A stretch of DNA of 64,000 nt from Peribolospora baueri (Eukaryota): contig JAMDHS010000035.1 in assembly GCA_029717555.1 (NCBI GenBank), positions 1-64,000 of the forward strand, given 5' to 3'. Of the stretch, positions 33,524-46,700 are shown one piece after another. The notes under the pieces were generated by a model. It saw nothing but the letters and a program-made list of their open reading frames with translations, ran no database searches and had not been told where the DNA came from. Position 1 is the stretch's first letter; each line of letters begins with the position of its first letter. Both the position numbers and the translations under genes were made by a program.

Positions 33524-36500
33524 CTACCTCCGACCGGCGGCGCCGGCAGCAGCGAACGCGTCCGTCCCCGTTGCCAACAGCGCCCGCCTGGCTCGAGCGT
33601 ACGCGCCGCCTCCCTCGTGGCCGCCGTCGTCGCCGTCGTCGGAAGAGGCGTCGTCAACGGAAGTCGTACCGATGCGCGTCGTCCAGCCGCTTCTCGGTGA
33701 GCTGGAAGGACGAGCGCGCGTCTCCTTCCTCTTCTCCTTCTCCCTCTCCGCCCCGGTGCTTACGACAGACCTCGTCAAATGCGAAGGCGCGCGCCCCTGC
33801 GCCTCCCGAAAGCGGCCCATGTCTCGATCGGGATTGTCCGCGTCGGCATCGAACTTGGTGTCGGGTGCGAGGCGCACCGATTTGCGTCGCTCTATAGGCA
33901 CCGAAGCGGGCGATCCTGGCGCGCGGAGAGAAGGCGTACGGGCGCCGAGCCGGGCGGTCGTCGTCGCGCCAGGTGCGCTCGCCGAGGGCGTCGTCGCGAC
34001 GGACGAGAGTCGGGCGCCAAGCGGAGCAGAGAGGGGAGGAAGTGGCACGAGGCTCTTCGGCCTGTTCTCGTCCACCTCTTCTCCAGTCGCCCTCGAGCCA
34101 TTTTCACCTCCAGGGCCAGTCGCAAGAGGCAAAATCGGAGCGGCCCCCTTCTTCTCCTTGGAACGTGCGACCTTGGTAGAGGACGTGCCGACCTCGGAAA
34201 CAGCCTTCTCGACCGTCTTCCTCTTCGTCTTCGCACCGCTTGACAACGAGCTCTTGGCTTTCTTCAACACGCCCGCTCCGCCACCCTTAGCCTCCTTGAT
34301 CACTGCATCCTGACCGCCCGCTCGTCTCGTCTCGTCCCTCTCCTTCTCCTTTTCTTTCTTCTTCGCCTCCCCTTTCTCTTCCTTCTCCACCTTCTCCTTA
34401 AGTTCCCGTTTCGGCTTCACCTTCTCCTCCACGCCCCCGCCGACCTCTTTACTCCGCCTCTTCTTCACCGGCTTCCCGTCCGGTCCCACCTCCACAGTGC
34501 TCTTAGGTCTCCTGATGAGCCTCCCCCCGCCCACTCCCTCTCCGTCGTTCACCCATAGCGGCTTCGAGTTAACCACCCGGATGAGGTGTCTGTTCTCGCC
34601 CTCCTCCTCCTCCGAACTGTCTTGTTCCTGCCCCCTATCGCCAGTCCCGCTCCCACCGGTGGTCAAGCTGTGCCAGTTTTGAGATAACCGATGCGGCTGG
34701 TGCCGATGAGACGTCGCCGCGAGGTAGCGCTCCTCGGCCTTGATCTCCTCAAGGCGCTCGTCGGTTCGCGTGTGCCAGCGAGAGCCCGAGTCGTGCATGC
34801 GGTCCTCGTGCCCGTGTCTGTACCCGTCCACCACGGAGCCGCCTTTTTTCTTCCCGCTGAACGCTCTCGAGATCCCCTCCCAGAAAGACAGGCTCGTCGT
34901 CCTTACGCGCCCGCCGCCGCTGCCGCGGCCCTTCGCCCCCGTCCGGCCATCCGACGAAATGGAACTCGCGCTCGCCACCCCCCTGCGCGGCGTCACGTCG
35001 AGCGAGGGTCCCACGGCCACGGACGCGGACGCTCTGTGGTGGGATCGGCCGAACGCCTTGGCGGCAAAGCGCGCGCCTTCGTCGGTCGTCTCGTCGTCCT
35101 GGTCGCCGCCTCGGCGTAGAGGAGACGCAGCGTAGACACTTGGGAACGGCTCGAGCAAAGACGAACCGGGAGCGGTGACGGACGTGAGCGTTGACAAAGG
35201 CTTGTACTCCTCCTTGGGGCGGGGCTGTGATCCGTCCGCGCCTCGTTCTGACGCGCTGGGACGGACGACGCCGACATCCGAACTAGCTTTCTTTTTCTTC
35301 TTCTTCTTCATCTTCTTCGGAGGAGTCTGTGGGAGACCCTTGACTTGCTTGTCGGCGTCCTCGATCTCGATCTGGCCCTGGCTCTGGCCCTGGCCCTGGC
35401 TCTGGCCCTGGCTCTGGCCCTGGCTCTGACTGTCCCTTCGGGAGTGGTCGACGCGAGAGGAGGGAAGGAAGCTCCCTTTCGCGCCCTCGCCGTCCTCGTC
35501 CAGCATATGCGGCGGGGGAATGCCGAGCCGAGGCTCGATGAAGGCTCGCCGGTAGTCCTCATTCGAATCGGTCTCGCTCGCCTCGCCGTCGTCGATATCT
35601 TCGGCTGCTGGTGCACCCGCATTTGACGAGTCGTGCGGTGACGATGGAGGAGGATGGTTGTTGGGGAGGATCTGCGAGGCGGACTGGGAAGGGGTGAGGG
35701 ACGACGATTCAAGAAAGTGGGACGTGCCGCCATCCAAGCCACGCTCTACGATACGGCGGCGGTCGTCAAGACGAAGAGAGTGGTAGGGGGAGTAAAGGAA
35801 AAGAAAGTCAGAGGAGTCAGAAAATGACACCGGACGGAGCGAACGGCTCACTGGAGCGAATCCGAGGTGGGTCCACTCGTTCGATCGTCACGCGCCGCAT
35901 CCGCGTCGGCCATCCTTGTTCTAGTGACGAAGACGGTGCCATGATCCTCTCCTTCCCATTTCCCCCCTTCTTCCTCTCCCCCTTCTCTTCCCCGGTCTCC
36001 TTTCGCTTCTCCTTCTCATTTCTATTCTCCTTCACTTCCTTCATTTCCCCTCCGTCCTCCTTCCCATCCTCAACCTTTCCCTCCTTCTTCTTCCCGTGCT
36101 GCTTCTCCATCGATGTTTCCCCCTCCTTCTCGCCGCGCTCCAAGCTGAGCAAGCGAGCATGCGCTCGTTCGAACACTCGCTTCCTAATCGCCTCGGCCCC
36201 GGCACCACGTATAGTCTTTCGCCTCTTCAACTCACCTCCTCCGCGTGCTGTAGCCGTTTCGTGTCCCGTCCACTCGGTGCTGGCGCCGACTCCGTCGAAA
36301 TGGCCGTTCGAAACGAGGACGTCAGGTACGGGATAGGCGTTGGCGTCTGTGCGAACGCCATCAAGGAGCAGGATGGCTTCTCGGGCGGCGTCCTGCATGA
36401 CGGCGCCGGCTTCACCCATGCACTTCATGCGCATTGTCAGAGCTTCTTTGAATGTGCGCCGTTTGACGCCCTCCAGCGCTATCATTTCGTTTCTCAGCAC

Positions 36501-37070
36501 GGCTTCGCATGCTTCTAACTCGCGCTGAAGGGAGGAATTGGCGCAACAAAGGTGAGAAAAGAAAGGAATAACAACAGCAATACGAAAAAAGGAGTGGGAC
36601 ATCCTTTCACTCAAGTTGTCCCGCCAGTCACTCTCGCTCACCTGGGCGTCTGCGAGCTTCTCAGCATGGGCGGTGTCCCCTTCAAGCGTCGGGCCGTGTC
36701 TCAAGTCGGACTTGTTGAGCTTCTTCTTGGAGGCCTTAATGAGCCTGGTGACAAGAATGTCCCTGTCCCTGACGACGGTCCTCAGGCTCTGCTCCCTCTC
36801 CTCAACATCCTTGAGGGCCTCCCGGTAGCCATCTATGGCGCGCACGTGGACGCCCTGGGCCTCGGCGACATCGTTGAGAAGAGAGGTGATGGCGGAAGCA
36901 ACAGAGGCAAGGTGGGGGGACGAGGAGGTCTGGGAGGTGCCCCATGCAGAAAGGGAGGAGGAGGCGGAGTGGGCGTGTCGAACGGCGGCGGCGAGGGCGT
37001 CGACATAGGCCTTTTCCTCGCGGATGAGCGAGTGCAGGAGGCGTGCGTCGGGTGGGGCAGGGGGGCTCAT
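33524..37070 (-). CDS. Pil1/Lsp1-like BAR-domain protein with long disordered C-terminal tail
   Basis: Helical N-terminus LLHSLIREEK...SLSAWG...YREALKDVEEREQSLRTVVRDRDILVTRLIK...KLADAQ|RELEACEAVL...VKRRTFKEALTMRMKCMGEAG. Joined to ORF 33524-35851 by an intron at about 35851-35747. Confidence 0.65.
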
Positions 37071-38160
37071 GGATGGGGGCCGGTGGTTGGGGGAACGAAC
37101 TATGTGTATGTCAGAACGGATTATATGGGAGTGGGAAGGGAGACTGGAAAAGGGGATGAGTCTATAAAATGAGAAGGACGCGACGATTACTACGAAGGAG
37201 TAACGAAAGGCGAGGTGGATCGGATTGTCCTAGCTATTGTACAAGCCAAGAGGAGCGGTAGAGAGTGACGGGGCAGAAGATGAGAGCGAGGGAGCGTGTA
37301 GGAAAGGCGGGCAGGAAGAAAGAAGAAGGTGGGAGAAATGTGTGGCAGAGGTCGACAAGGATGGAGGAGGGAACAAGGTGGGGGAACAAGGTGGGATTGG
37401 CAAGGCCGAGTGTATGCGGCGGATCGATCGGCGGCGGCTGCGGCAGACTCGAAGCATGCTGCGGCCGAGCCGACGGCCCGTTTTGAAGCGAATGACATCG
37501 CGGGGATGACGACGACGCCGACGACTTTCCGTGCTGTTAGTGAAGCGCATCTTACATCAAGTGGCCGTTTCTTTTATTTCTCTACGCAAAGAAACACTGG
37601 CGCAAGAGCACGCGTGGGTGGGTATGACCATTCCGATCCTTGGCTCTCCCAGGAGCCAAGCTGCAGGATAGGGCAGGGCCGCGGGGTGAACAAACGTACG
37701 GCAAAGTGAAGGAGACGATGGAGCATGTCATCGCATTGCTAGGCCATCCATCTGATCTGCCCTCCGCCGTCCCCGCCGCTTCCGAAGGATGCCATTCCCG
37801 AGAAACGGATGCGCTTCACCTTCCCATTCTTCGTCCACGCTCGCCGACCGGCGAACCACCCGGTCGAGGGCTCGCTGGGCGTTAGCATTCTTCCTAGTCG
37901 TCGCTCGGGCAGGCTGGCGGCTCGCACGTGCTTCCACGCGCTGCCGCAGCCGACGAAGCCGCGGTCTCTATGCGCACGGGTCGCTCGCCGTCGTCTTCCT
38001 CGTCCCCGACTTGCCCAGCTAACTACCTTAGAACTCATAATATAGACAGACAAGACGGCAAAGCCGCCAAGGTCATCGTCGCGGCCGCCTCTGTCTGATG
38101 CCCTAGCCCGCCTTCTCTCCGCCAGTGCCCCCACTCCGAGGCGCCTCCTCCGTCCGCACC

Positions 38161-41100
38161 ATGGACCACCCTCCCGGCTCCCAGCCTCGCGCCAACGGAC
38201 GTCCCTCCTACCTCGCCGACTCAGACCTCGACTCTGACGATGAGAACAACTCGACCGGCTACTACACCACTGTCATTCGCCCGCCCTCCTCTCCTTCGTC
38301 CTCAGGACGCTCTGCGACCAGGGCTCGAGGCGTGCCTTCCCGTCCCTCCTCTTCTTCTTCGCCTGACGACGCTCCCGCGGCTGGTGCCGCCTCAGGAGGA
38401 AGATCCCATACGAGGACGCCGTCATGGGGACATAACGCGGCCGCCGCTTACTCCTTACACATTCGGGGACGCTCCGGCTCCTCCTTATCCACCGTAAGGG
38501 ACAAGGGCGATGGCGACGACCGCGTGCCGCAGAGCACCTCCCAACCTTCTTCAGTACCAGAGTCTAAACCCCTCTTGCCGACGACGCCGGCGACGCGATC
38601 CTCGTCCTCCAAACACAAAAGCACACGCTTCCTCCTCCTCAGCCTAGTTTTCCATCTTGTGTGGACGTACAGCGTGTTCAGCATCTACTTCACCTCTCCC
38701 GTCGTGCACACTTCCAGACGGTTCTCCATCGCCGATACGTACGACGACCCTTCCTCTCCTTTCCTTCGCCCCGCGAGTCCAGCGGAGAGGGGGGCCGTTG
38801 AACCCCCAGCGGACCGCCTCGTCCTCATTGTCGCAGACGGTCTCAGGGCAGATACTATCTTTGGTGACCACGATCTGTCCGCGTTCCCGGACTGGGCCAA
38901 GGGAGACGGGGGCGTGGCGGATTTCTCTAGGGCGCTGTGGGAAGATAGGGAACGCGATCGCGATCCCGCCCCGACCTCCTTCAAGCCTTCATCGTCCCGC
39001 CTCACGGCAGCCCCCTACCTGCGCTCGCTCATCGCAAATGGCAAGGCGGCTTGGGGAGTGAGCCATACCCGCGTGCCCACGGAGAGTAGGCCGGGCCATG
39101 TAGCCCTCATCGCGGGCATGTATGAAGACGTCAGCGCCGTCACAAAAGGTGGGTCTGCGCTCGTCCGCCGGTCCCGACGGCGTGGCGAGGCTGATGCTCA
39201 ACGCGATTTCGCCCTGCTTCCTTTCGTCTTCTTCTGCTGACAACCCTTGTCTTCGCTCGCTCTTCTCAGGCTGGAAGCTCAACCCGATCAACTTCGACAG
39301 CGTCTTCAATCAGTCTTCGACCACCTTTGGTTTCGGCTCGCCGGACATTGTTCCCATGTTCGAGAGGGGCGCGCCCGAGGGAAAGGTAAAGGCTTGGTGC
39401 TATGATGAGGAGGATGAGGATTTCACTAAGGGTGAGTTGGCCGACCGTGTCAGACGTCGTTTTCATATTTCGCTCATCATCGATCGCCCCTTCCTTCTCC
39501 TCTCCTCGCACTATCGAAACCGCTCGTCCCCTCAAGATGCCACCCATCTCGACCTCTGGGTCCTCCACCACCTACGCTCCCTCCTCAAAAACGCCACCGA
39601 GGCCGGCCCCGACTCCGCCCTGTACAACCAACTCTATTCCCCCGGCACCGTCATCTTTCTCCATCTCCTCGGCCTCGACACCACCGGACACGCTTACCGT
39701 CCGCACTCGCCGGAGTATCTGGGCAACCTCGTCGTCGTGGACGCCATCGTCAGGGAGGTGGTGGGCATGTTGGACGACTTTTTTGCTGAGCACGACGGCG
39801 TCGTCTCCGGCGGTGGTAGTGGCCGTGGTGGGCGGAGTAAGACGGCGTACGTCTTCACCGCCGACCACGGCATGAGCGTCAGAGGAAACCACGGCGACGG
39901 CGACCCGGACAACACGCGGACGCCTTTGATCGTTTGGGGCAGCGGCGTCCAACCCACTCCTGCCCACCTCGCGGCTCCGTCGGCGGAGGAACGAGCGGCG
40001 CCGGCCGGTTCGACGGGAGCGGACATGAACGAGAAAAGGTTGGATAGGAAGGGCGAGGAGGCGTGGAGCTTAGGAGCGGCTAGGAGGGACGTAGAACAGG
40101 CAGACGTCGCCGCTCTGATGGTGGGTCAACTTGTCCTTCCCATTTACCTCTCCCGCGTTTTTGAGCGCGACCTGGAAGCTTATCTGAGTGGTCCTCCTCC
40201 CTTCAGGCCGCCCTGCTCTCCCTATCTCAACCAGCCAACTCGGAGGGCGAGCTGGCGGTCGAGTTTCTGGACGCCTCGGACGAGCACAAGGCTCGCGCCA
40301 GCCTTGCGAACGTCCTTAGCATCTTGGAGCAGTATCGGGCCAAGGATGGTGAGCGTGTGCGCTCAAAGGCTCTTTCCGTCTTCAGGCCGACGTCGACGAG
40401 CTGACGGCTTGATATCCCTTTTCTTTTGCGGACGCCTGGTAGAACTTCGAGCCGCTCGTCTGATCCGATACGTGCCCTACGCCCCCCTTGTCACGCCCAA
40501 CTCTCCCATCGTGCCGCCAGGACAAAGGGAGGTTGACGCCGTTCGGCAGCTGATCCGTGACGGGAGATATGAGGAGGCGATACGAGCTTGCAAGGACCTC
40601 CGGACGCTCATACTCAAGGGGCTCAGGTATCTGCAGACGTGAGTGCGAAAAGTTCCTCGGCCAGTCTGTCGGTTAGGTTCCCCAAGTTTCGTCATCTCAA
40701 CGGCCGGCTTTCGTCCCCCACACAGGTACGACCGCCTGCTCCTTTGCTCTCTCATCGTGGCTGGCTACCTCGGCTCCATCCTCTACTCCATCCTCTTCGT
40801 CTTGGACTCTTACGTCCTCCCCTCCTTGCCTGGCCCGTCCCAGGCCGCCGTCGTCAAGGGTCCTCAAGCCGAGGGCCGATGGTGCATCGCCCTCGGTGTT
40901 GGCGTCCTTTTGAATCTCTTCGCCGTTTTTGCCGTCCAGAACGATCCCCCGGAATACTACGCCTATGCCGTCTTCCCTGTTTTCTTCTGGACCCGCGTGC
41001 TGCAACGCAGGCGCTCGTTCGCCCGGGTCTGGGAAAGGGCTTTCCCGACCTCATACGCTCCCCAAGCCCCGCTTTCTTCCTTCTTTTCCTTCCTTCCCTC

Positions 41101-42702
41101 CGCCAAACGTTACCTCCCTCTCATTAGCACCTGCCTCGCTTCGATCACAGCCATCGAAGGCATGGTGCTCGGCTACACTCGAAGGTCGGCATGGAGCGTC
41201 GGCTGGCTCGCCCTCGCCGTGCTCTGGCCGCTCCTGGGCATGCCGTTCGACTTTGTACGCGATAATCGGAGGACCGTGCTCGGCTGGGCGGCGGCTTGCG
41301 TCGCCTGCGCGTGCTTCACCCTCGAGGGCGTCGAGAAACAGGAGAGGTTGCGGTACATGTGAGCCTGCGCTGTCTTTGTTCGTTCTTCTCTTCCCCATGG
41401 AGTATTCCTTTCGCTCACCTGTCCATCTCTCTCCGGCCCACCCTCTCCTCACCTCTCCGTTTCGCCATCGGACCTCCCCCAGCGTCGCCGCCGCGGTCTT
41501 GTTTACCGTCGCCGGCTTGTACATCGTCAGCAACGAGGAGCTTTTCCTTGCTCCGCCGTCGCTTTCCGAGGAACGATTGACGGAGGAGAGGCTTCGACAA
41601 GCGGCTAGGCGCAGGAGGGAGCGGACGCTGTGGGCCACCATGGGGGTGCTCAGGTGGCAAGTGAGTCGAGGACGTGGAAGTGGAGCGGGGACTCGAGGTC
41701 GACTGCCCGCTGACATGACGAACGGGCTTGGTTGCGGTATCGGAACCAGATCCTCGTCACTATGATCAGCGCTTGGGTGACGTACACGTCGGCACGGAGC
41801 TTGCAGCGCAAGGCGGGCCTGCCGCTCTTCAATCAGATCGTCGGATGGATCATTCTCGGTGAGCGCCCGACGGTTGGAAACTCGGTGACTGACTGACTGA
41901 CTGACTCGGTTCGCTCGACTCGTTGTCGCGTCAGCGTCTTCGCTCGTATACCCCATTTCGCGCATCTTCGTATACCCGCGGCCTCCGCCAACGCAACGAC
42001 TGCTCTTGATTCTTTACGCCTTTGCGCCCGTCTTCCTCCTGCTGTCCATCGCCGACGAGACGCTCTTCTACGGGTCGTACGCCGCCGCGTTGTTCGCTTG
42101 GGCCACGCTGGAGATTAGGCTGTTTAGGGAGTTCCGGAAACGGGCTGGTGCGGTGGGCAAGGGGAGGTGGTTCACCCTGGACGACGTCAGGAGGGCACTG
42201 ATGCTCCTCTTCCTCCTCCACGTTGGCTTTTTTGGCACTGGTGAGTCGGCCGTCCCCCCCGCACCCATTTAGCCTCCCAGGCGAAGCTGGGTTGCCGTTT
42301 GTGTTGCTCCGTCTTGACGCCCCGCCTCGCCTTTCCCTCGCATCACACACAGGCAACGTGGCTTCCATCTCGTCTTTCTACCTCGAGCCGGTCTACCGAC
42401 TGATCCCGGTGTTCAACCCGTTCGCGATGGCAAGCTTACTGATCCTCAAGATCCTCATGCCCTTCTTCCTGCTCGCCTGTCTCGTCCACTACCTCTCCAC
42501 CTCTCTCCTCCTCCCCCCTTTTGCCCTCTTCCTCGCCGCATCCATCGCCGCCGACGTACTGGGCTTGAACTTTCTTTTCCTTGTTACGGACCAGGGCAGC
42601 TGGTTGGAGATCGGACAGACGATCACGCATTTTGTCATGGCGAATCTGTTGCAGGTCTTCCTTATGGCGTTGTCGTGGGTTAGCAAGGTGGTCAGCAGCT
42701 AA
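38161..42702 (+). CDS. MCD4: GPI ethanolamine phosphate transferase 1 (Mcd4/PIG-N), multi-exon
   Basis: [85 protein letters not shown]...[38 protein letters not shown] and [15 protein letters not shown]. Confidence 0.96.
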
Positions 42703-42867
42703 GCTAATGAAATGCAGCTTTGTACGTTATGCTACTCGGTCGTCGTGCCCATCCGTCGTCCGTCGTCCGTCGTCCCTATCTATGAAAGGGAAAGGGACCT
42801 GGGGCTACTTTATTTTTTTGTCGTTGTAGTTTTTGTTTGTTGGATGGATGGCTGCCCTGCCCGCCAC

Positions 42868-42941
42868 AAACACACATATGCACACAGGCACGCACGCACG
42901 CACAGACGCACGCACACACACACACATATACACATAAACAC
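42868..42941. repeat. Degenerate CA/CACG microsatellite
   Basis: cacacatatgcacacaggcacgcacgcacgcacagacgcacgcacacacacacacatatacac. Confidence 0.8.
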
Positions 42942-43748
42942 TTTCTCTTTCTCTTTCCATTTCTCTTTCTCTCTTTCGCACAGATGCTAGATATGGGCAC
43001 AAGTGCGTTGGTCGAGCACGTGGGCAAGCAAGCAGGCGGCGGCCACGGAAGGGATGGCCGGCCTGGTCTTGCCGCCGCTAGACAGGGGGGGTTTGTGATG
43101 GGCCGAGGGGAGGTGCCATGGATGGGGCGAAAAGAGAAGGGAGGGGGAGGAGGTAACTAGTCACGAAGGGGACGCCACGGTGAGACGGCCGGCGGAGAGG
43201 AGGTATGGAGGTGGGGGCGAGGACACGGATGGCGTTGAGAAGGAGGAGGAGGAAGAGAAAAGCAGACAGACGGTCGTCGCTTTTCTTTCTTTCTTTCCAT
43301 CATCCTCTTCCGTCTCTCCTCGGAAACGATCATCACCGCATCGCCGCCTTCCTTCCTTCCTCATCGACTCCACCACCATCGCCCATCGCCCATCGCCCAC
43401 CCGGACCTTTTTTTTTTTCCCTTCTAACACTCCCTTCCCCTTCCACCGGCGTCCGTGCCTGCATTCGCCTTTTCCTCCTTCCTCCCACTCCGACCTCGTC
43501 CCGGGGGCGTGAGAGAGAGAAGAGAGACACTAGACAGCCAAGACAAGGCAAGAAAGAAGACACGGACGCGGCGAATCGAGCTCCACGCCGCCGCCCTCGT
43601 CGTTGCCGCCCACGTTCACTCTCGGCTACGCCAATCTCGTCGGCCTTCTGCTCCCGATACCACCACGTCCACCAACCCTTCCCATCTAGACACCCACCAT
43701 TCCCCCTCTCCTTCCTCCTTCGCTCCACTCCCTCACCCGACTCGCCCC

Positions 43749-46700
43749 ATGGCCGACGACCGTCACCCATCGTCGCTGCCGGACAACGGCCCCGCAGAGC
43801 GTGGACCGACACCGCCGGCGAAGACGACGACGACGACAACGACGACGACCGCCGCCACGGTCACCACCACCGGCGGCCCTCCTCGACTGCCGCCAACGCC
43901 CAGACACAGTGGCGAGTTCGCCAACCTCTTCCAGATAAGTCAAGCCACATCTCCCTCCTCCTCCTCCTCCGAGACGGCCGTCGTTGCCATCACCAACAAG
44001 GCCTCCACGTCCGCCGTCGCCATGCTCTCCAAGCTCTCCCCACCCGCGCCCGCGCCCACCTTGGCCCCCCTCTCGCCCTCGCTTCCTCTTCCTCCTCTTC
44101 TTCCTCCTCCTCCCCCTTTGCAGCCCGCCCAGCCGACTCTTCTCGTCTCCCCTCCTCTTCCCTCCCCCTCTTCCTCCTCTCATCGCACCGCCGCCCTTCG
44201 TGCCCCCGCCGTCTCAGCCCCGCCCTCCTCGTCTCCCTCCGTCCCCGCGGACGAGCGCTCTCACCCCGCCGGCCCCCGTCCTTACTCCAGCGACAAGAGG
44301 AAGCCAGAGCCAGAAGCGGCCAACAATGCGCTCCCCCCGCCCTCCCGACCGCACCGGGCGCCGCCCCCGCCCCCGCCGCCGTCGTCGTCATCATCGGAAG
44401 GCCGTCAGCTCAACAGCGCCGGTATGGACGCCAAGCTCCGTCCTGAGCTGCGTATCGACCCGGCCAACCGAAGCATTCGCGTTACCCCCGCCAGGAGTGA
44501 CCATGTCGGCGAGCGCCCCTCTAATGTGTCCCCTTCCACCCCCACCTCCGCCCCCACGCCCATACATACGCACTTGTCACGTAAGGACACGCTGGCCGCA
44601 GACCTCGCAGCCCGAACGGTCTCGCCCACCTCCCCGTCGTCGACACCTACCGCGCAGGACGACCTACCGTCGGCGATCGAACAGCTCCCCCCGCTCTCCC
44701 TCATGCTCACTCAGCTCGGCCTCGCCGCCCACAATGCCCGCCTCGCCTGCGACCGGCACCTCACGCGCTCCCACTTGGACGCCCACTCGCCCCCGCTCCA
44801 CTCCACCGCCGCTTTCGCTTCTCCCACCCTCAGCACTGGGCACCCGGCCAGCTCTGCAGCGGCCGTGGGCAGGGACAGGACCAAGGCGCTCCAGAGGGTC
44901 GCGAGGGAGTGCGAGGCGTTGAAGCGCGCCGCCGCCGACTGGGGCCGTGGCATTCGCACCGTCGCCGCTTGGGCCGGCGTCGACGACGCCATGATGGCCG
45001 TCGAGGCGGACACGGCGAGGCAGCACGAGCTGGATGAGGAGCGCAGGAAGAAGGTAGGCACGGCTTTGAACGATCCTGGGTGAGTTTGCCAGGTCGGCCG
45101 TCTCTTTCTTCTTTCTTCTTTGAGGACGCTCGACCGCTTACCATCGTCCGTTCCGCTCGGCTTTGGGCTTTGCTTGTACCCAGCATGGCAAAGCTTGTTC
45201 ACATCATCTCACATCACCTTCGCGAAGCGCTCGCCCACCTCCACTCCGAAGTCCTCACCGACCCCGTGGCCCACGACGCCGACGCGCTACGCATCTCTGC
45301 CCAGCGCGTTCGCAACCGGTGTCTACACCTCGCCGCCAAGTTTGAGGCGTTTGAGACTGCGCTCGCTCAGAAGCTTGGCGTCGCTACTGCCCCTGCGCCG
45401 GCGCCTGCTCCTCATCATCGTCATCATCATCATCAGGAGCAGCAGCAGAAGCAGCAGCAGCAGCATCAACAACAGCAGCATCATCAACAACAGCAGCATC
45501 ATCAACAGCAGCAGCGGCAAATCGAGGCCGAGGCGGGGTCGCAACGCACCCGCGATTTATCGGACGAGGGCAAGAGCGACGAGAGGAGGAGCGCTAGCAT
45601 TGAGGCCTCCAGGACCTCCAAAACGAAGAGCGCGAGCGCGAGGAACAGGCACTCTGTCTACGACCCCCGATCCGCCTCTGCGACTGCGACCGCGACCACG
45701 GCCACGAAGGAGCCCCTTCCGCCTCTCCCCACCTCTGTCGCCGCGACCAGGAATGCCGCGACGACGACGGCGGCTTCGAGGCCCTCGGGTAAGGCCAACC
45801 CAGTCCACAGCCCCGGGACCGCCACCGCCGGGACGAACGCGAGCCAGAACCAGGACCAGAGCAAGAGCCAGAACCAGAACCAGAACCAAAACCTGGTCGA
45901 TTCGCTCTCCCTCGCTCCCCCTGTGGTGGTGGAAGCCAGGCTCGCAGAGGTGTCCCGCCTGTTCAGATGGTACGATCATGGCCCCTCGGTGTCGACCCTC
46001 CTCGACGAGAACGAAGAAAAGGACGAGCTGGTGGGCGCAGACGCGGAGGTTGTTCGAAACGATAAGAGGCAGGACGCCGTGAGCAAGCTCGAGGGCAGTT
46101 TCGACCGCGGCCGGGAGCGCGCGCGCGCCGGGTCCTTCTCTTCCTCGTCCGATACGCTCGATTTGCTTTGCGGCTTTGCTACCCCGGAGAGGTTGGAGCT
46201 CGCGAGGAAGAGGGTGGCCGAGCAGGCGGGCAGGGATATTGCCTTCCGGCTGGGGATCGAGCTTGACGACGAGGAGGAGGAGGAGAAGGCCGACACTGAC
46301 GACGCCGCCGGTCCGAGTCCCGCCCAGACGGAGGCGGACGATGCGGACGAGGGTAAGGGTGCGCCGGCCCTCGGGAAGAAGAAGCAACGTCCCCACCGCC
46401 CGGCCGACGCTGCACCTCCCGTTGACGCGCTCACCGCCGTCCAGGTCTCCATCCTCCGACACCTCCGCAGCCGCGTGCTACCCCAGATTAGCAAACCCAT
46501 CATGGCGGCCGAGCGCGCTTCCTCTATCCGCTCCAGCTTGGATGGCCATAACGCTTCGGCTGGCTGGCAGAAGCGGAGCAGTTTCATGCACGGCCACGGA
46601 CACGAACACGGACGCGCGCACGGGCACGCGCACGCGTCGAGTCACAGCACGTCTGGCGAAGGGCCTCTGGGAGGAACCAGCGGCGGAGGCCTCGGACCTT

